DNA of 64,000 nucleotides from the human T2T-CHM13v2.0 reference genome, Homo sapiens. How positions within the stretch are numbered: the first letter of the stretch is position 1; each line of letters starts with the position of its first letter. Both the position numbers and the translations under genes were made by a program. The stretch lies in the NCBI RefSeq assembly GCF_009914755.1, contig NC_060941.1. One strand, given 5' to 3'. This document shows positions 16,145 to 31,400 of this stretch, piece by piece. The notes beneath the pieces were generated by a model. It was given only the letters and a program-made list of their open reading frames with translations, was not told the origin of the DNA and did not search any database.

Positions 16145-16662
16145 CCCAGCATGTATTTCTTTAGAAATTCCATAAAACGTGATTTAGAACACACTGAGCG
16201 TGAAACCATGTTGTGGAGTGAACGAGAAGAGGCCAGACCTGTGCTGGAGTAACCCTGGGGTTGGAAGCCTAAAGAAGAAGGCAGGTGACAGGCAATCCTG
16301 ATGTGGCACAAGGAAAGCTGTGTGAGGCCATGCTGGGTGCCCACGCCAGGCTGGTGGGGTGGAGCGGGGCTGGGAAGTAACATTGGAACCAAGACCTGGG
16401 GGATGAGAAGGAGGCAGCCAGATAAAACGGGAGTGTCCTGGGAGGAAGGGAACAGCATGTCCAGAGCCCCAGAGGGGCAGGCGAGGGGTCCTTGCACGTG
16501 GCTCTAGAAACAGACCAAAATTTGGAATCACTGGAGCATAAAGAGCGAGAGGCTGAAGGACGAGACAGGACCAGCTTATTTGGAGCCCTGAAGGCCATGC
16601 TGAGTGCTTTCGACTTGATCCTGATGGGCGCCCTCAGATTGGTGCTTAGAAATCCTGCTCTG

Positions 16663-16984
<322 letters not shown>

Positions 16985-17287
16985 TCATGCTGAGGGGAGC
17001 CTGTGGGACTCAGCTCAAGCCACAGGGAACCTGAGCGCAGGATGGTAAGGAGTGAATGATGTCGGTGGGCAGGGAAAGGGAGCTGAGTCCTGAGCAATGC
17101 TCATGGGGAGGGAACAGGTGGAGCAGAGCCATAGCTGACAATGTGGGGGTCCTCTCCCCAGAGCAGGGCTGGGCAGCCTCCGGAAGCTGGACAGGTTGAG
17201 GTGGGAAGAACGATGGTGTGCAGGCCCCAGAGTCCTCGGTGGACGAGGGGGAGGGGGAGAAGGGGAGGCCAGGCTGGCAGCAGGGGC

Positions 17288-17665
17288 CTCAGTAGTTTGC
17301 TCAGCTGCTACAACAAAGTGCCACGGGCTGGGGGCTGAAACGCTAGACGTTTACTTCTCACAGTTCTGCAGCCTGGAAGTCCAAGATCAAGGTGTTGGCA
17401 GGGTTGGTTGCTCTGGAGGCCCTTCTGCGTGGCTTGCAGATGGCCGCCCTCTGGCAACGTCCTCACGGGATCTCTCCTCCGTGCACATGCGTCCCTGCGT
17501 CTCTCTGTGTCCTCATCTCCTCTTCCTACAACGACACAGTCATACTGGCATAGGGCCCACTCTGAGGGCCTTGTTTTAAGACTCTGTCTCCAAATATGGT
17601 CACATTCTGAGGTACTGGGGGTCACGGCTTCAACATAAGAATTTTGGGAGAACCTTAGCCATGTA
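17288..17665 (-). mobile_element. MLT1-family (ERVL-MaLR) solo LTR
   Basis: TCTCACAGTTCTGCAGCCTGGAAGTCCAAGATCAAGGTG and CAAATATGGTCACATTCTGAGGTACTGGGGGT hallmarks. Confidence 0.85.
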
Positions 17666-17860
17666 CTGTTACGTGCCCAATAAATGCTTACGGGTACAAA
17701 CAGGAGGAGCCGAGGAGGAGCTCCTGGAGCATAAGTCTGCCTGCCTGGCTCTGCTAGTGGAGAAGGGAGGAGTTGAGGGGTGGGGTTTCTTTTGACGCTC
17801 TTGGGTGCCTGTCCTCCCCGCGCCCCTGTGGCTGACACCTCTCTCTGTCTCCCCCTGCAG

Positions 17861-18049
17861 CCTGTAACTGCAACCTGCATGCCCGGCGCTGCCGCTTCAA
17901 CATGGAGCTCTACAAGCTTTCGGGGCGCAAGAGCGGAGGTGTCTGCCTCAACTGTCGCCACAACACCGCCGGCCGCCACTGCCATTACTGCAAGGAGGGC
18001 TACTACCGCGACATGGGCAAGCCCATCACCCACCGGAAGGCCTGCAAAG
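17861..18049 (+). CDS. NTN1: Netrin-1 coding exon (exon 3), laminin-type EGF domain V-2, 189 nt, phase 1/1
   Basis: Acceptor ctctctgtctccccctgcag|CC with branch-like gctgac upstream; donor AAG|gtgggc; Cys spacing of a laminin EGF module; CpG-rich codon usage. Confidence 0.98.
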
Positions 18050-18171
18050 GTGGGCTACACGTGGCGGGGCGGGGGGCTGGGGAGACCCGGGGAACATCAG
18101 TCCTCCCGCTCCCTCCTCGCTTCCTTTTCTATTTTCTTCCAGTCTGTACAAATTGGCGTTGTCTGAGGTCA

Positions 18172-18221
18172 TCTCTCTCTCTTTCTCTCTCTGTGACACA
18201 CACACACACACACACACACAC
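18172..18221. repeat. (CT)n(CA)n compound microsatellite
   Basis: Read directly from the sequence. Confidence 0.95.
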
Positions 18222-19127
18222 GCCTCCCTGGTATTTGGAGGTGTAAGCCAAAACAAAGGGGTGATGGAGACATGGCTCAAAGGAGAAGAAAGGAGAAGGT
18301 GGGATCCCCTACAAGGGTGCAGGGCTGCGGCCGCCAACACCTCTCCCTCCCCTCCCCCTCCTGGGCTTCTCCTCTGCACAGGTGTGCTGCATACCAGAGG
18401 GCTGCGAGTCATGTTCGCCAGGCTTACCGTTGGGACAAAGGACTCTCTTTCACCAAATGCACGCAGACTCACTTCTTTGGATATGTGCGCACCGCCCCTC
18501 ACTCCCCCCCGAAACGCACACACACACACACGTACAGTCACAGCGAAGTCGGCAGTTTCAGGGGCAGGGTCTCAGAAGGAACATTTAATCCATCTGCAAA
18601 TAGCTTTACTTCTCAGGACAAAAAAAAAAATTAAAAGGAGACGGGAGACTATTTTCGTCCACTGAAGCAAGCACTAATGTTTTAACTTTCTGCTGTTTGT
18701 TTTTCTCGTACCAACAAAAATGAAGCAATGGTCAGATGATTCAGAGAAGTTGATGAAATGCCAGAGAATTCAGTGATGCTGGAGGGTGAGAAGCGGGGCC
18801 CCCCCCACCCCACAAAATCTTTTGGGAATTCCAGGAACCAGGGCTTTCCTGCTGCAAAACTTGTGGCCTAAGGTCAGGGCCTGCCATGAACATGGCTTCC
18901 CAAGAAGATATTTACCTCTGAGGGCTCATGGGCAACACCTCGGCATGGGTGGGGTCCTGACCTGGACTTGTGTAGACCCGAACACACCAGGGTCCCAAGC
19001 CACGGCAGACAGGCCCAGGTGGCGTCCTGCAGGAGAGAAACCCTTCTGTGGCCACTGCTCAGCGTGTGGATGAAGCAAAAGTATCATCTTCTTAACAGGA
19101 AGTCCACCAGATGTTGGGCACTTGTGT

Positions 19128-19737
<610 letters not shown>

Positions 19738-20659
19738 TTACGGCTGCCTCTGGTGGTTGCCAAGAGAAACATGAACAGAAAGGTAGCTGGGCTGTTTCCA
19801 CATTTTTTAAAAAATCACGGTTTCAGGTGAGAATCCCCCAGAAGACTGAGCAGAGAATGAATGGGAAGGTGGCCCAGGCAAAGGGACCCGAGAAACATCT
19901 GCAATGCCAGAAAGGTGTGACCAGGACAAGCCCCGGGAGAGATGGCTTTGGGCTTCCAGAGAACATAGTTGGAAGGTATCCAGCTCCTTTGCCTGTGCCC
20001 AGAGTGTTTGTTGTCTCTCTTTTACAGAAGAAATGGAGGCCAGGGGTCTTGTAAACAGCTGGCTTGCACATAGATTTCTTGGGAGTTCAGCCAAGAAATT
20101 TTACCCAACAGCGGCCACTCAGGTGGGCAGTCCTGTGCCTGAGAGTGAGAAGGTCTGGGTGAGAAAGGGCACTGGTCACTTCCTGTCATGCCAGTTTCTG
20201 CTGTCCAATTAGAAATGTATGTTTCCCAGAGAGGCAAGAAGGGGCAGGGCCCTGGTCACCTCCACCTACACCCTGTTGCTGTGGACAGGGACAAGAGCCA
20301 TTTGCAGCCTCTCACCACTCAGAGTGAGAGACGTCAGGAAGCCACAGGGTCCCGGGAACCCGCAGGCCATTCTCCAGGGGTCTGCCACTCTGGCTGAATG
20401 GCATGATATTGCCCACCTTCCTTTACTGGTTTGTAGGAGGGCCAGATGCAAATAAATGAGGATGTGTTCTTGTTTTACGAGTTACAACATTGTGGCCAGC
20501 CTAGGTGGCTGTGTTTTCCTTCCCAGCCATGGACAGCAGCTGCCCCGGCCTTGGTGGGAACCCTGGGAGAATAACTCACAGGACGGGAAAACCTAAGGAT
20601 GGATTCTACTCAGAAAGACACAGGCAAATTCTACTGAAGAAATGTGGCAGGAAAGGGTG

Positions 20660-20975
20660 GGACTCTTAGTGCCTGTTGACTGGGGAGGAATGACAGTGTT
20701 TCAAGGAAACTGCCATCAGATTGGTGAAGAAAGACAGTGCTTCAAGGAACTTGTCACCTGATTGGTGACAGAAGACTACACTTAAAAATATTTGCCACCT
20801 GATTGGTGAGGAAAGACAGGGCTTTGAGGTTTCTGCTTTCTGATTGGTGAGAAAAAGCATTGCCCAGAGATCTCTGCTTCATGATTGGCAAGAAAATATC
20901 TACTCTCTGATTGGTGAGCAAAAATTTGACCCAAGAAGTCCAGCCATCTGATTGGTGAAGAAAGACATCTCTGGA
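20660..20975. repeat. Degenerate 41-bp tandem array with a GATTGG (CCAAT) core, 7-8 units
   Basis: ATTGG at 20720, 20761, 20802, 20843, 20884, 20910 and 20951; ACTGG variant at 20679. Confidence 0.9.
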
Positions 20976-21159
20976 AAGTCCAGATCTTTCCCCTCAGCTC
21001 TTTCCTTTCCTGGTATCATGCTCTTATGGGATATAGGACACTTCCCACCAAAAAGAGACCCTGAGATCTTGGTAGGAACCATCGTTAGGAGAAGTTCAGA
21101 TGCTGGCGGGATGTGTACCCTTGAGATCTTCAAACAGGGGTCTCCTGGTCAACCCCCTT

Positions 21160-21204
21160 CCACCACCACCACCACCACCACCACCACCACCACCACCACC
21201 ACCA
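21160..21204. repeat. (CCA)15 trinucleotide repeat
   Basis: Uninterrupted; read directly from the sequence. Confidence 0.97.
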
Positions 21205-21268
21205 GCACCTCCTGCCTTGTATTCCCAGGGCCAGATGGTTCAAGGAAATGGTTCCTTGCGAGGTTTGA

Positions 21269-21763
<495 letters not shown>

Positions 21764-22879
21764 TGACTCCCAAATTGGCTTGGGAACGGCCTCTGGGGCC
21801 TCTTTACCCCAGACTTTACAGGGCCTGGGCAGGGGGCCGAGGCCACCCATATGCTGCTGGTGATTGGCTGACTCTGGACCTTGTCCAGTGTAGAGGAGGG
21901 GTGGACCCAGACAAGAACAGCCTGGAGTAAGGGCATCAGATTCCAAACATTACTATGTAGTTGCCCCATTTGGGAAGTTTCGTAGCAACAAATTTGTTGG
22001 GTTCTTTCTCCCCTCCCCTGGTTTAGAAGCAAACCAGAGCTGGCAGGGTTGGTGCGTACAAAGGACTGTAATAAACATACCCGGGGAACAGGCGGCTGCA
22101 CTCTCCAGCTATTCAGTGCGATTTCACAGCACTGGGACGGCCTCGTTATGGTGCAAGCTGTTGTCCTATACAAAGGCAGATGAGATAAATTTCTCCCTTT
22201 TCTCCGCTGAATGGTCTGTGAATGATACTCGTCTTGGAGTCTGTCAAAAGACAGGAGGTTTTGTTTACCATTTGTCTTCTTTGTGGACTTTGGGGGCTCT
22301 TTCTCTTTAGAGCGGGCAAAGACGACCAAAGACGACGTTGCTATTTAACCATTTCGGCCCTGCCCCCATTGATAACAATATTAATTTATCATTTTCCCAA
22401 ACCATCTGTGATGGATAAAGACATTCCAGGAGTCTCCCGTGAACCGAATTGTGATGAGAATTAAGAAATTAACCACTGCATCCAGCATCCCCATACAAAG
22501 GGCTTGCATTTCCATCTCACTGAGCTGCCTGTTTCCTTCTCTCATTGTCTTTCCCCCTTTCAAGCCCACAGTTCGTGTGGTTGAATGAAGGCTAGGAAGG
22601 TGCTTGAGTCCCAAGCAAGAAGATGCAATAATTAGCCAGGGCAAAAGCATGCAATCGTCCTCACATCTTTGCTAGGACGTTCTTGCTACTTCCGTCCACC
22701 CCTTATTTCTTTCAGCAGCTCAGCCAAGAGTTGCTGGATGGGGAGGAAATGAACACCACAGTCTTGCCCCCCTCTGTTTCCTTGGGTCACTGTGTGCAGG
22801 GGACTCCCCATGACTTTCTCATTCGTGATTCTCCACCTTCACTGTATGGCGTCATCAGCATTATTTGTCTGTAACTTAT

Positions 22880-23060
22880 GCTGTGAGTCTCACCCTTGGC
22901 TGCACATTGGAACCACTTGGGGAGATTTGAAAATACTGCCGCCTGGATCCCACCCCCAGAAATTCTGGTTTAATTAATGGGTCCAGATGCGATCTGGGCA
23001 TTTGGAATTGGAAAAGCTCCCCTGGAGATTCTAATGTGTAACCAACACTGAGAACCACAG
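22880..23060. mobile_element. MER5A (hAT-Charlie)
   Basis: CTTGGCTGCACATTGGAACCAC...CCCACCCCCAGA...GATTCTAATGTG...TGAGAACCAC. Confidence 0.8.
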
Positions 23061-23125
23061 AGAATAAGAAATGAGGATGGTGAGTTGCTCTTGGTGGCAT
23101 TAAGGGAAGACTTGTAGGCAGCCTA

Positions 23126-23665
<540 letters not shown>

Positions 23666-24530
23666 TCATTTGTGGATTTATTCACAGCACAGCAAAGTTC
23701 CTGGGCCCCCACCCTTCTTGGTCTTCCTGACTCTAAGGCATTGTCCACCCACCCTATAAAAGCCTCGGGCACCCTTTGAATATGTGGGTCCCCTGTCACA
23801 TTTCCATTACCTGTATTTATACTTTCATGTTTTTTTGTGGGGGGTGCAGGGAAAAGGGTTGGTCATCTGAGGCAGGAAGGTACTTAGTGGCTGGAGCGGC
23901 TCCAGCTTTGAGGACAGAGACCCCAAGGCAAGGAGTGGGCTTCATTATGGCCAGGTAAGGTTAGTACCTACTGGGAGAAACTGACACCTTAGATACTGCA
24001 TTTGGGAGAGAGAATTCCCAGTGGAAGAGTTTCACTCCAACTGTGATCTGTGTGGATGCATCTTTTCCCTTGGGAGACATGAGCATCACAAACCTTACCT
24101 ACGTATTTGGCTCCATGTTCAGTCTACAGGGTATCAGATAAGTCTGGTGACCTCTCTAGACCTCAGTCTCCTCATCTGTGGGATTATGGTCAGGCTGCTG
24201 GCCTCTGAATCCCTTCCAGCTTTGACATTCCGCATTCCACATGCTTCTTAAGTAGTCAACCTCTTAGGAGAACTTGATACAATAGGACAATTCTTTGTAG
24301 CAGTGAAGTTTGTGATCTGGTGACTCAGAAAAGCTGGTAGAGCCAGGAAATTAGGTGGAGGTGGTTTGACTGCAGTCTTTACAGATGAAAAGAGTCCCTG
24401 ATCTTGTGACTCGACCCATGTGGCGCACTGTGCCAAACGGGGTCTCCCTGGCCCAGCTGTGCTCATTCCCTGGACACCCTTGGCCCATCCATGTTTTCAC
24501 CTCCCTGGATGTGAGTTCTCTGATCTCTCA

Positions 24531-24950
<420 letters not shown>

Positions 24951-25089
24951 TTAACGGAAGTTCTGGGTTTGGCCAGAGCGTTAAGGGCATTTTACTTGAG
25001 GAAATAGTGTCTTTTGGGCTTTTTGTTGCCAGGAGAGCACTTATGGGGCCGGGGGCAGGTGGCACGGGGATAGTAAACAGGTTTGGGAT

Positions 25090-25312
25090 GCAGAGCTTTG
25101 AAAAGCATGGAACTTGGTGTTATTCAGACCACAGTTCAGGCTCCACCTCTGGAGGCAAGACATTTACTCTCAGTAGCCTCAGCTTTCTTATCTGCAAATG
25201 GGAAGAATAGTCCCTCCTCCCTCCTAGGGCTATGGTGCAGATTAAATGAGATGATGTGGAGGATGTCCGGGCATGTAGCATGCGTTCCATGTATGGCAGC
25301 TATTATGATTAT
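25090..25312 (+). mobile_element. MIR
   Basis: CCTCAGCTTTCTTATCTGCAAATGGG ... GATTAAATGAGATGATG core. Confidence 0.7.
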
Positions 25313-25855
25313 TTGTGCAAGTCAGAGAAAACAGAAACACTAGAACCCTCTGCCATTGTCAGCACACACACAAAGCAGAGACACTTTCTTTGACCCTCTG
25401 GTTGCTTTGGTTCTTTCGGTGAGTGGTGGCCCTCAGGAGAACCGGCCCCTCTTGCTTGAAGGGCTCAGCCCCAGTGTGGACTTGGCAGCCAATTCCCACA
25501 GGACTGGGCAGGGCCCCAGGGGTTGGCCCTAATGCTGTTGCACACTCTCAATAAAGGATTTCCATGCTTTGGGAGCAAAGATGACAAGTCGAAGGGCAGA
25601 GATGTGCCCAGCAGCTGCTTGTGGAGACCCAGCACAGAGAGGTGGGGGCGGGCTGTGCACATCCAGATTTGGCTCTGGAAGTGCCAAGGAAGACCAGGCA
25701 GCATCTGAGGGACTCCTTGACTGGACTGGGACTTAGGGCTGTTGGGAGGCCTGAGCTGGCCTGAGCTGCCTCACCTGTGGCACAGACACAGGACCCAGGT
25801 TCCTGCTCCTGCCCCACTGTGTCGTACAGCCCTATTCCTGCCCCAAGCTCTTGTG

Positions 25856-25891
25856 ACACACACACACACACACACACTCACACACACACAC
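25856..25891. repeat. (CA)n microsatellite
   Basis: Read directly from the sequence. Confidence 0.95.
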
Positions 25892-26399
25892 TGGGAATCA
25901 TTTGCAAGACCTGTCTTTTCTCCTTGGCTGTAAAACAGGTGCAGGAAGACTATAGTTAACTAGATCACGGAGTGTCAAATAACCCAGTTTGGGATTACGG
26001 GGCTCCCCTCCCCCCAACTTCCTGCCGCCTGCACCTTGATCCGAAAGTGGCAGGGAAAGGATAGGTTGTGCAACTTGAAACATTTATTCTTTTGTGCCTC
26101 GTTAGCAACTGCTGGGGCAAAGGAAAGCATAGCTTCAGAGGAGGTTGACACAGACAGCTGAAATGACGTTTGGGGATTATCTTCAGATTTCAGTGATCCT
26201 CCCTCCCTTGTTAACACAGAGAATGTAAGAGTGGAGAGTGCAGGGGCATTGGATTGCGGATGACCTAGGATGTGAGGGGACTGTCATCCCACCTGCCCCC
26301 TCATTCTTTCCTCCAGATGTGCAGGGGCAGCAACATGCCCCCCTCTCCCCACCAGGAAAGGACGGCAGATTGGCCTGAGTTACATCCAGATTGGTAACA

Positions 26400-26860
26400 A
26401 GATTGTTTGTTCATTTGATTCACCACATGTTTGTGTAACGCTTATTGCATGCTAGACATGGGCCCTTGGAGCTTGCTTTTTGATGGGAGGTTGACAATAA
26501 ACAAAGAAGAAAAAGGAAGATAATGATGGATTGTGGTGAGTTACATGGAGGAAAGCAGCAGGGTGGAAGGAGAGAGTAACTGGGCAAGCTGCGCTACAAG
26601 GTGGCCCTGGAGGGGCTTCTCGCGGACAGGACATCTGAGATGAGACCTGGGGTGTGGGGAGGAAACAGCCACAAGGAAGCTGAGGGAAGAACATTCCAGG
26701 AAGAACCAAAGTCTGGAAGCAGGAAAGGGCTTGGTGGGCCCTTGGTCAGAAGGGAAGAGAGGGAGGAAGGGGTGGGAAGAGTCAGCTCCTTGGTGTCTGG
26801 AGAGGAGTTGGGTCCCATTCTCAGAGCACTGGAAGGCTGGAAGGAGAAGAGTTAACTGAG
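26400..26860 (-). mobile_element. L2 fragment
   Basis: TTTGTTCATTTGATTCA, GACATCTGAGATGAGACCTG and GGAAGAACATTCCAGG L2-like motifs. Confidence 0.6.
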
Positions 26861-26877
26861 TAATATATCAGGCTCAC

Positions 26878-27180
<303 letters not shown>

Positions 27181-27208
27181 AGGCTAACCTTTTAAGAAGC
27201 CCTTTCTA

Positions 27209-27480
27209 GGCGGGGTGCGGTGGCTCACGCCTGTAATCCCAGCACTTTGGGAGGCCGAGGAGGGCAGATCACGAGGTCAGGAGATCGAGACCATCCTGGG
27301 AAACATAGTGAAAATACAAAAAATTAGCTGGGCGTGGTGGTGGGTGCCTGTAGTCCCAGCTACTCGGGAGGCTGAGGTAGGAGAATGGCGTGACCCGGGA
27401 GGCGGAGCTTGCAGTGAGCCGAGATCACACCACTGCACTCCAGCCTGGGCGACAGAGCGAGACTCCGTCTCAAAAAAAGA
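27209..27480 (+). mobile_element. AluY with a small deletion before the mid A-linker
   Basis: GAGATCGAGACCATCCTGG and GAATGGCGTGA; lacks ACCCCGTCTCTACT. Confidence 0.93.
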
Positions 27481-27489
27481 GAAGCTCCT

Positions 27490-28005
<516 letters not shown>

Positions 28006-29397
28006 AGAAGAAACTCCTTCCCTAGGGCTCTCTGACACTGCGTCTTTGGGCCTCCTTGTTCCCCATCTCCCATACCTCAAAGCTCTGAACTCACTTAGAG
28101 ACCAGTCTCCCTGGGTCAGCACTCCCTCCCCTCCCCTGGTCTCTCTGTCTGCCCTGCCCCCAAAAGCCCTGCCTGCCTGGTGTCTTCGCCGCCACCTTAC
28201 ATTAGGTCCGCTCCATTCCAGAATGCCCTGCTGGTTTTCCTGTGTTTCTTCTTTTGGTTGCTGATCCTTCACTCCTGTTTTGGGGAGTGGGGAAGAAATG
28301 GGTGCTTGGACACCTCTGTCCCTGACATCATCTTCTCTCCAGTGTCACCTCTAGTGAGGGTCCCACCAGGCTTCCTCCAAGAGGCCTGACACCCACCAGA
28401 GATATGGGGACCTGGGGAGCCTCTGGATCCTGCTTTTCTCTGAAGATGCTGGCCCTTGCTGACTCTTTGGACTGTCCTCACTGCACCAAGCAAGCTGCTG
28501 CAGTCGACCTCCCTGACCTCCACAGCAGCCAGGGAGCAGCCTGGCCCACGCCGTGGGGCCTGTCCACAGGGCCTCGTCTACCCCTACGTTCTTTGTGGAT
28601 GGCGTCCACCTATGCAGACTGATACTACTCAAAGCAGAGAAGACTGTCTCCCCCAGCCCAGGAGGGCCACAGGCAGATGCAGCCCTTTGGCATGAGCTGT
28701 AGGACTTGGAGTCACATGGAGCCTCACAATTGGCTCCAGGGTTCAGCCCTCCCTGGGGAAACTTGGCAAGATTTCCACATTCACTGCTGGGGCAATGTCC
28801 CGGGATTCAGGGCAGGGTGTTTTCTCTGTCTGTTGCATTCCTCTGTCCCTTGGAAGTCTTGTGAGGACTAGGAAGGGAGTTTCCCATCAGACTTTGGGAG
28901 GGATGCCTTCAGCACTTGCTGTGTGAGCCCTTTCTTCTTCTGGACTGGAACAGAGGGCACCCCCTGCATTGCTGTACAGGTGAGGAGGGGGCTGCTGATG
29001 GGGCCGGCCTCCCTTCTCTGACCTCGTGCCAGCCTTCTGAGGGCTCTTAGGACCTGCAGCACTTCCTGCTCAAGGCCTCTGCCAGTGCCCTTTTGAGAAC
29101 AGCCCTCAGATGGTCTGTGAGCTGTGAGACCTGTTGGGAATCAGAGCCAGCAGGGGCTCTAAAGATCATGGAAGCTGAGAGCTGCTCTGCTGGCCTGTGG
29201 GGGTTTTGGGGACCCTCAGAGACATGGCCTGCCATGGAGAAGGTTTTCCTCTTCCAGCAAAGGTGGTGACTTCCACAGGGAGCCAGGGGATGAAAGAGCT
29301 GATTGGTGGAGTGGTGGGGCAGTCTTCCTTCCCATGAGTACAGGACAGGCCTAGGAGGGTCCTGGAGAAGAAGATGCTTACCTGAGGCTCCACACAG

Positions 29398-29805
29398 GTG
29401 TGTTAGTCAGTGCAGGCTGCAAAGTGCCTCAGACTGATTGGCTTAAACAACAGAAGTTTATGTCTCATAGTTCTGGAGGCTGGAAGTCCAAGATCAAGGT
29501 GTCAGCAGGGCTGGTTTTGTTCCAAGAAACATCTGCTCCAGGCCTCTTTCCTTGGCTTGCAGATAACCGTCTTCTCCCTGTGTCTTCACAGGGTCTTTCC
29601 ACTGCACTCATCTGTATCCCGATGCCCTCTTCTAATAAGGACACCGGTCATGTTGGATCAGGTTCCACCCCAGTGACCTCACTTTAAATTAATCAGCTCT
29701 TTAAAGCCCCTATGTCCAAATACATCCAACTTTGAGGTACTGGGGATTAGAGTTTCCGCATCAGCATTGTGTGTGGCAGGGAGTACACAGTTTAGCCCAT
29801 AGCAC
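29398..29805 (-). mobile_element. MLT1-family solo LTR
   Basis: GGCTTAAACAACAGAAGTTTAT...GTTCTGGAGGCTGGAAGTCCAAGATCAAGGTG...GAGGTACTGGGGATTAG. Confidence 0.88.
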
Positions 29806-31176
29806 AAGGTCAGGCCAGAAGCGGAACTTCAGGACTGGCCAGAGGCCTGGGTGGTGGCTGTGGTGGTGTCTGAAGTGAGGGTGGGGCTGTGGCTGTTCTG
29901 TCTCCCCTGTCCTACCTGAAGCTGCTCCAGAGGAGCTCATGCCCAGCTGGCTTTCCTGTCCTCTATGGGCACGTGGCCTTGGATCACTGCCATTTGAAGG
30001 TCCTGCCTGACCTCAAGAGCCCCTGGAGCCAGAGTCCTCAGGAAAAGTAGCCAGACCTCTGGATAGGAGCCCAGGACAGACTTCTGGAAAGCCTTAGTAT
30101 GTGCTTCAGTGGAAAGGGTGCCAGGCTCAGGAGTGTGTCTCCTCCCTGGCAGAGCCCAGGAGCCTTCAGGGATCCCTTCAGAGAGTGTCAGAGGGAGTGG
30201 GAAAAGGCAGCTACTTGGGCACAAGAAACTGACGATGAGAACCACCTGCCATCCAGGTCAGCTTTGCCAGGGCTCTCGGAAGTCCCTGGGTACTCCCTCT
30301 CTTCACCGACAAACCAAATCTCAACAAGATTCTGGCACCATGCAGGTGGGTGCTGGTGCAGGCAGGGCCAGCAGTAAGGGTGTACGGAAGGCCCGGTGTG
30401 CCCTGCAACAGGAGCCCTTTCCCCTGCCCTCTTGCCAAGACACTGAGGAACGGCAGCAGAAGGGGCGATGGTCAAAGGGTGGGGGCTGCTGCCCTGGTTC
30501 CTTTGGACCCAGCAGGGAGGCAAAAACCTTAGCCTGTTAAGTTGTAAGTCACTTCAGTGGGACTTTAGAGGGAGACCTCTGTCCTTACAGGTGAGCCACC
30601 GGTGGTCCAGAGAGAGAAAGGCACTAACCCAGGGTCACTGGGAGGGTGGGGCGCCAGACCTGGATCCCCTCTTACCTGTCTGAAAGCGCGTGGGTCACCT
30701 GAGCTGTCTGTCCCTGTCTCATGACCCAGAGCAAGGACCGCGTGGGTTCTCTGCTTCACTGGGAGGCTCTCCAGCCTGCGGTTTCATGGGAAACCTGATC
30801 TTGCCGTGTTCTCAGGGACCTGGGCTTCCGTCTGGCCTCACCTTTCTCTTTATGGAAAAAATCCCCGGGTTGATTGTTTCCCATGGCCAGGTGCTGCCTG
30901 CTCCTTGCACACGGGGTGACCTGCCATGGAAGGGATTGACCTCCCTCTGAAAAAAGTGGCTGACTTCCAGGGACATGGGAGCCACCCAGCGGCTTCCTAT
31001 GGCGGAAGATGTTCTGACCCAGACCACGTTCTCAGAGGAATTAGGGAGGCTCTCTCTTTGTCTCCCTCACCAGACACCCCCACCACCTCCCCTGCAAAGG
31101 AAAAGACCTCCACTCACCTAACTGCCACCTTCTCCCCAGCTCACTCCACACCTCCCCTCCCCTGCCCCCCGTGGCC

Positions 31177-31400
31177 CTGTGTGTCTGTGTCTGTGTGTGT
31201 GGCTTTGTGGATCTGAGTATATGTCTGTGCGTGGGTGAGTTTGTAGATAAGAATCCGTGTGTTTGTGAGTCAATGTATGTAGATGAGAGCGAGGGAGGGA
31301 GAATTAGTAGGAGTCTGCTTGTATCTGTGTGTTTCTGGGAATATGTGTGAGTCTCTGTGTGTTAGTAGGAACTTTGATGTGTCTGTGTCTGTGTATATTT
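31177..31400. repeat. TG-rich low-complexity tract
   Basis: Degenerate (TG)n/(TGTC)n. Confidence 0.7.

Noticed and set aside
17308-18033. 241-aa minus-strand ORF
   Set aside because: It is the antisense shadow of the GC-rich NTN1 exon plus MLT1 sequence, with no independent coding signal.
20660-20975. CRISPR-like repeat/spacer appearance
   Set aside because: This is a eukaryotic intron with no cas genes, the core is only ~10 bp, and the spacers are homologous to each other, so it is a degenerate tandem repeat.
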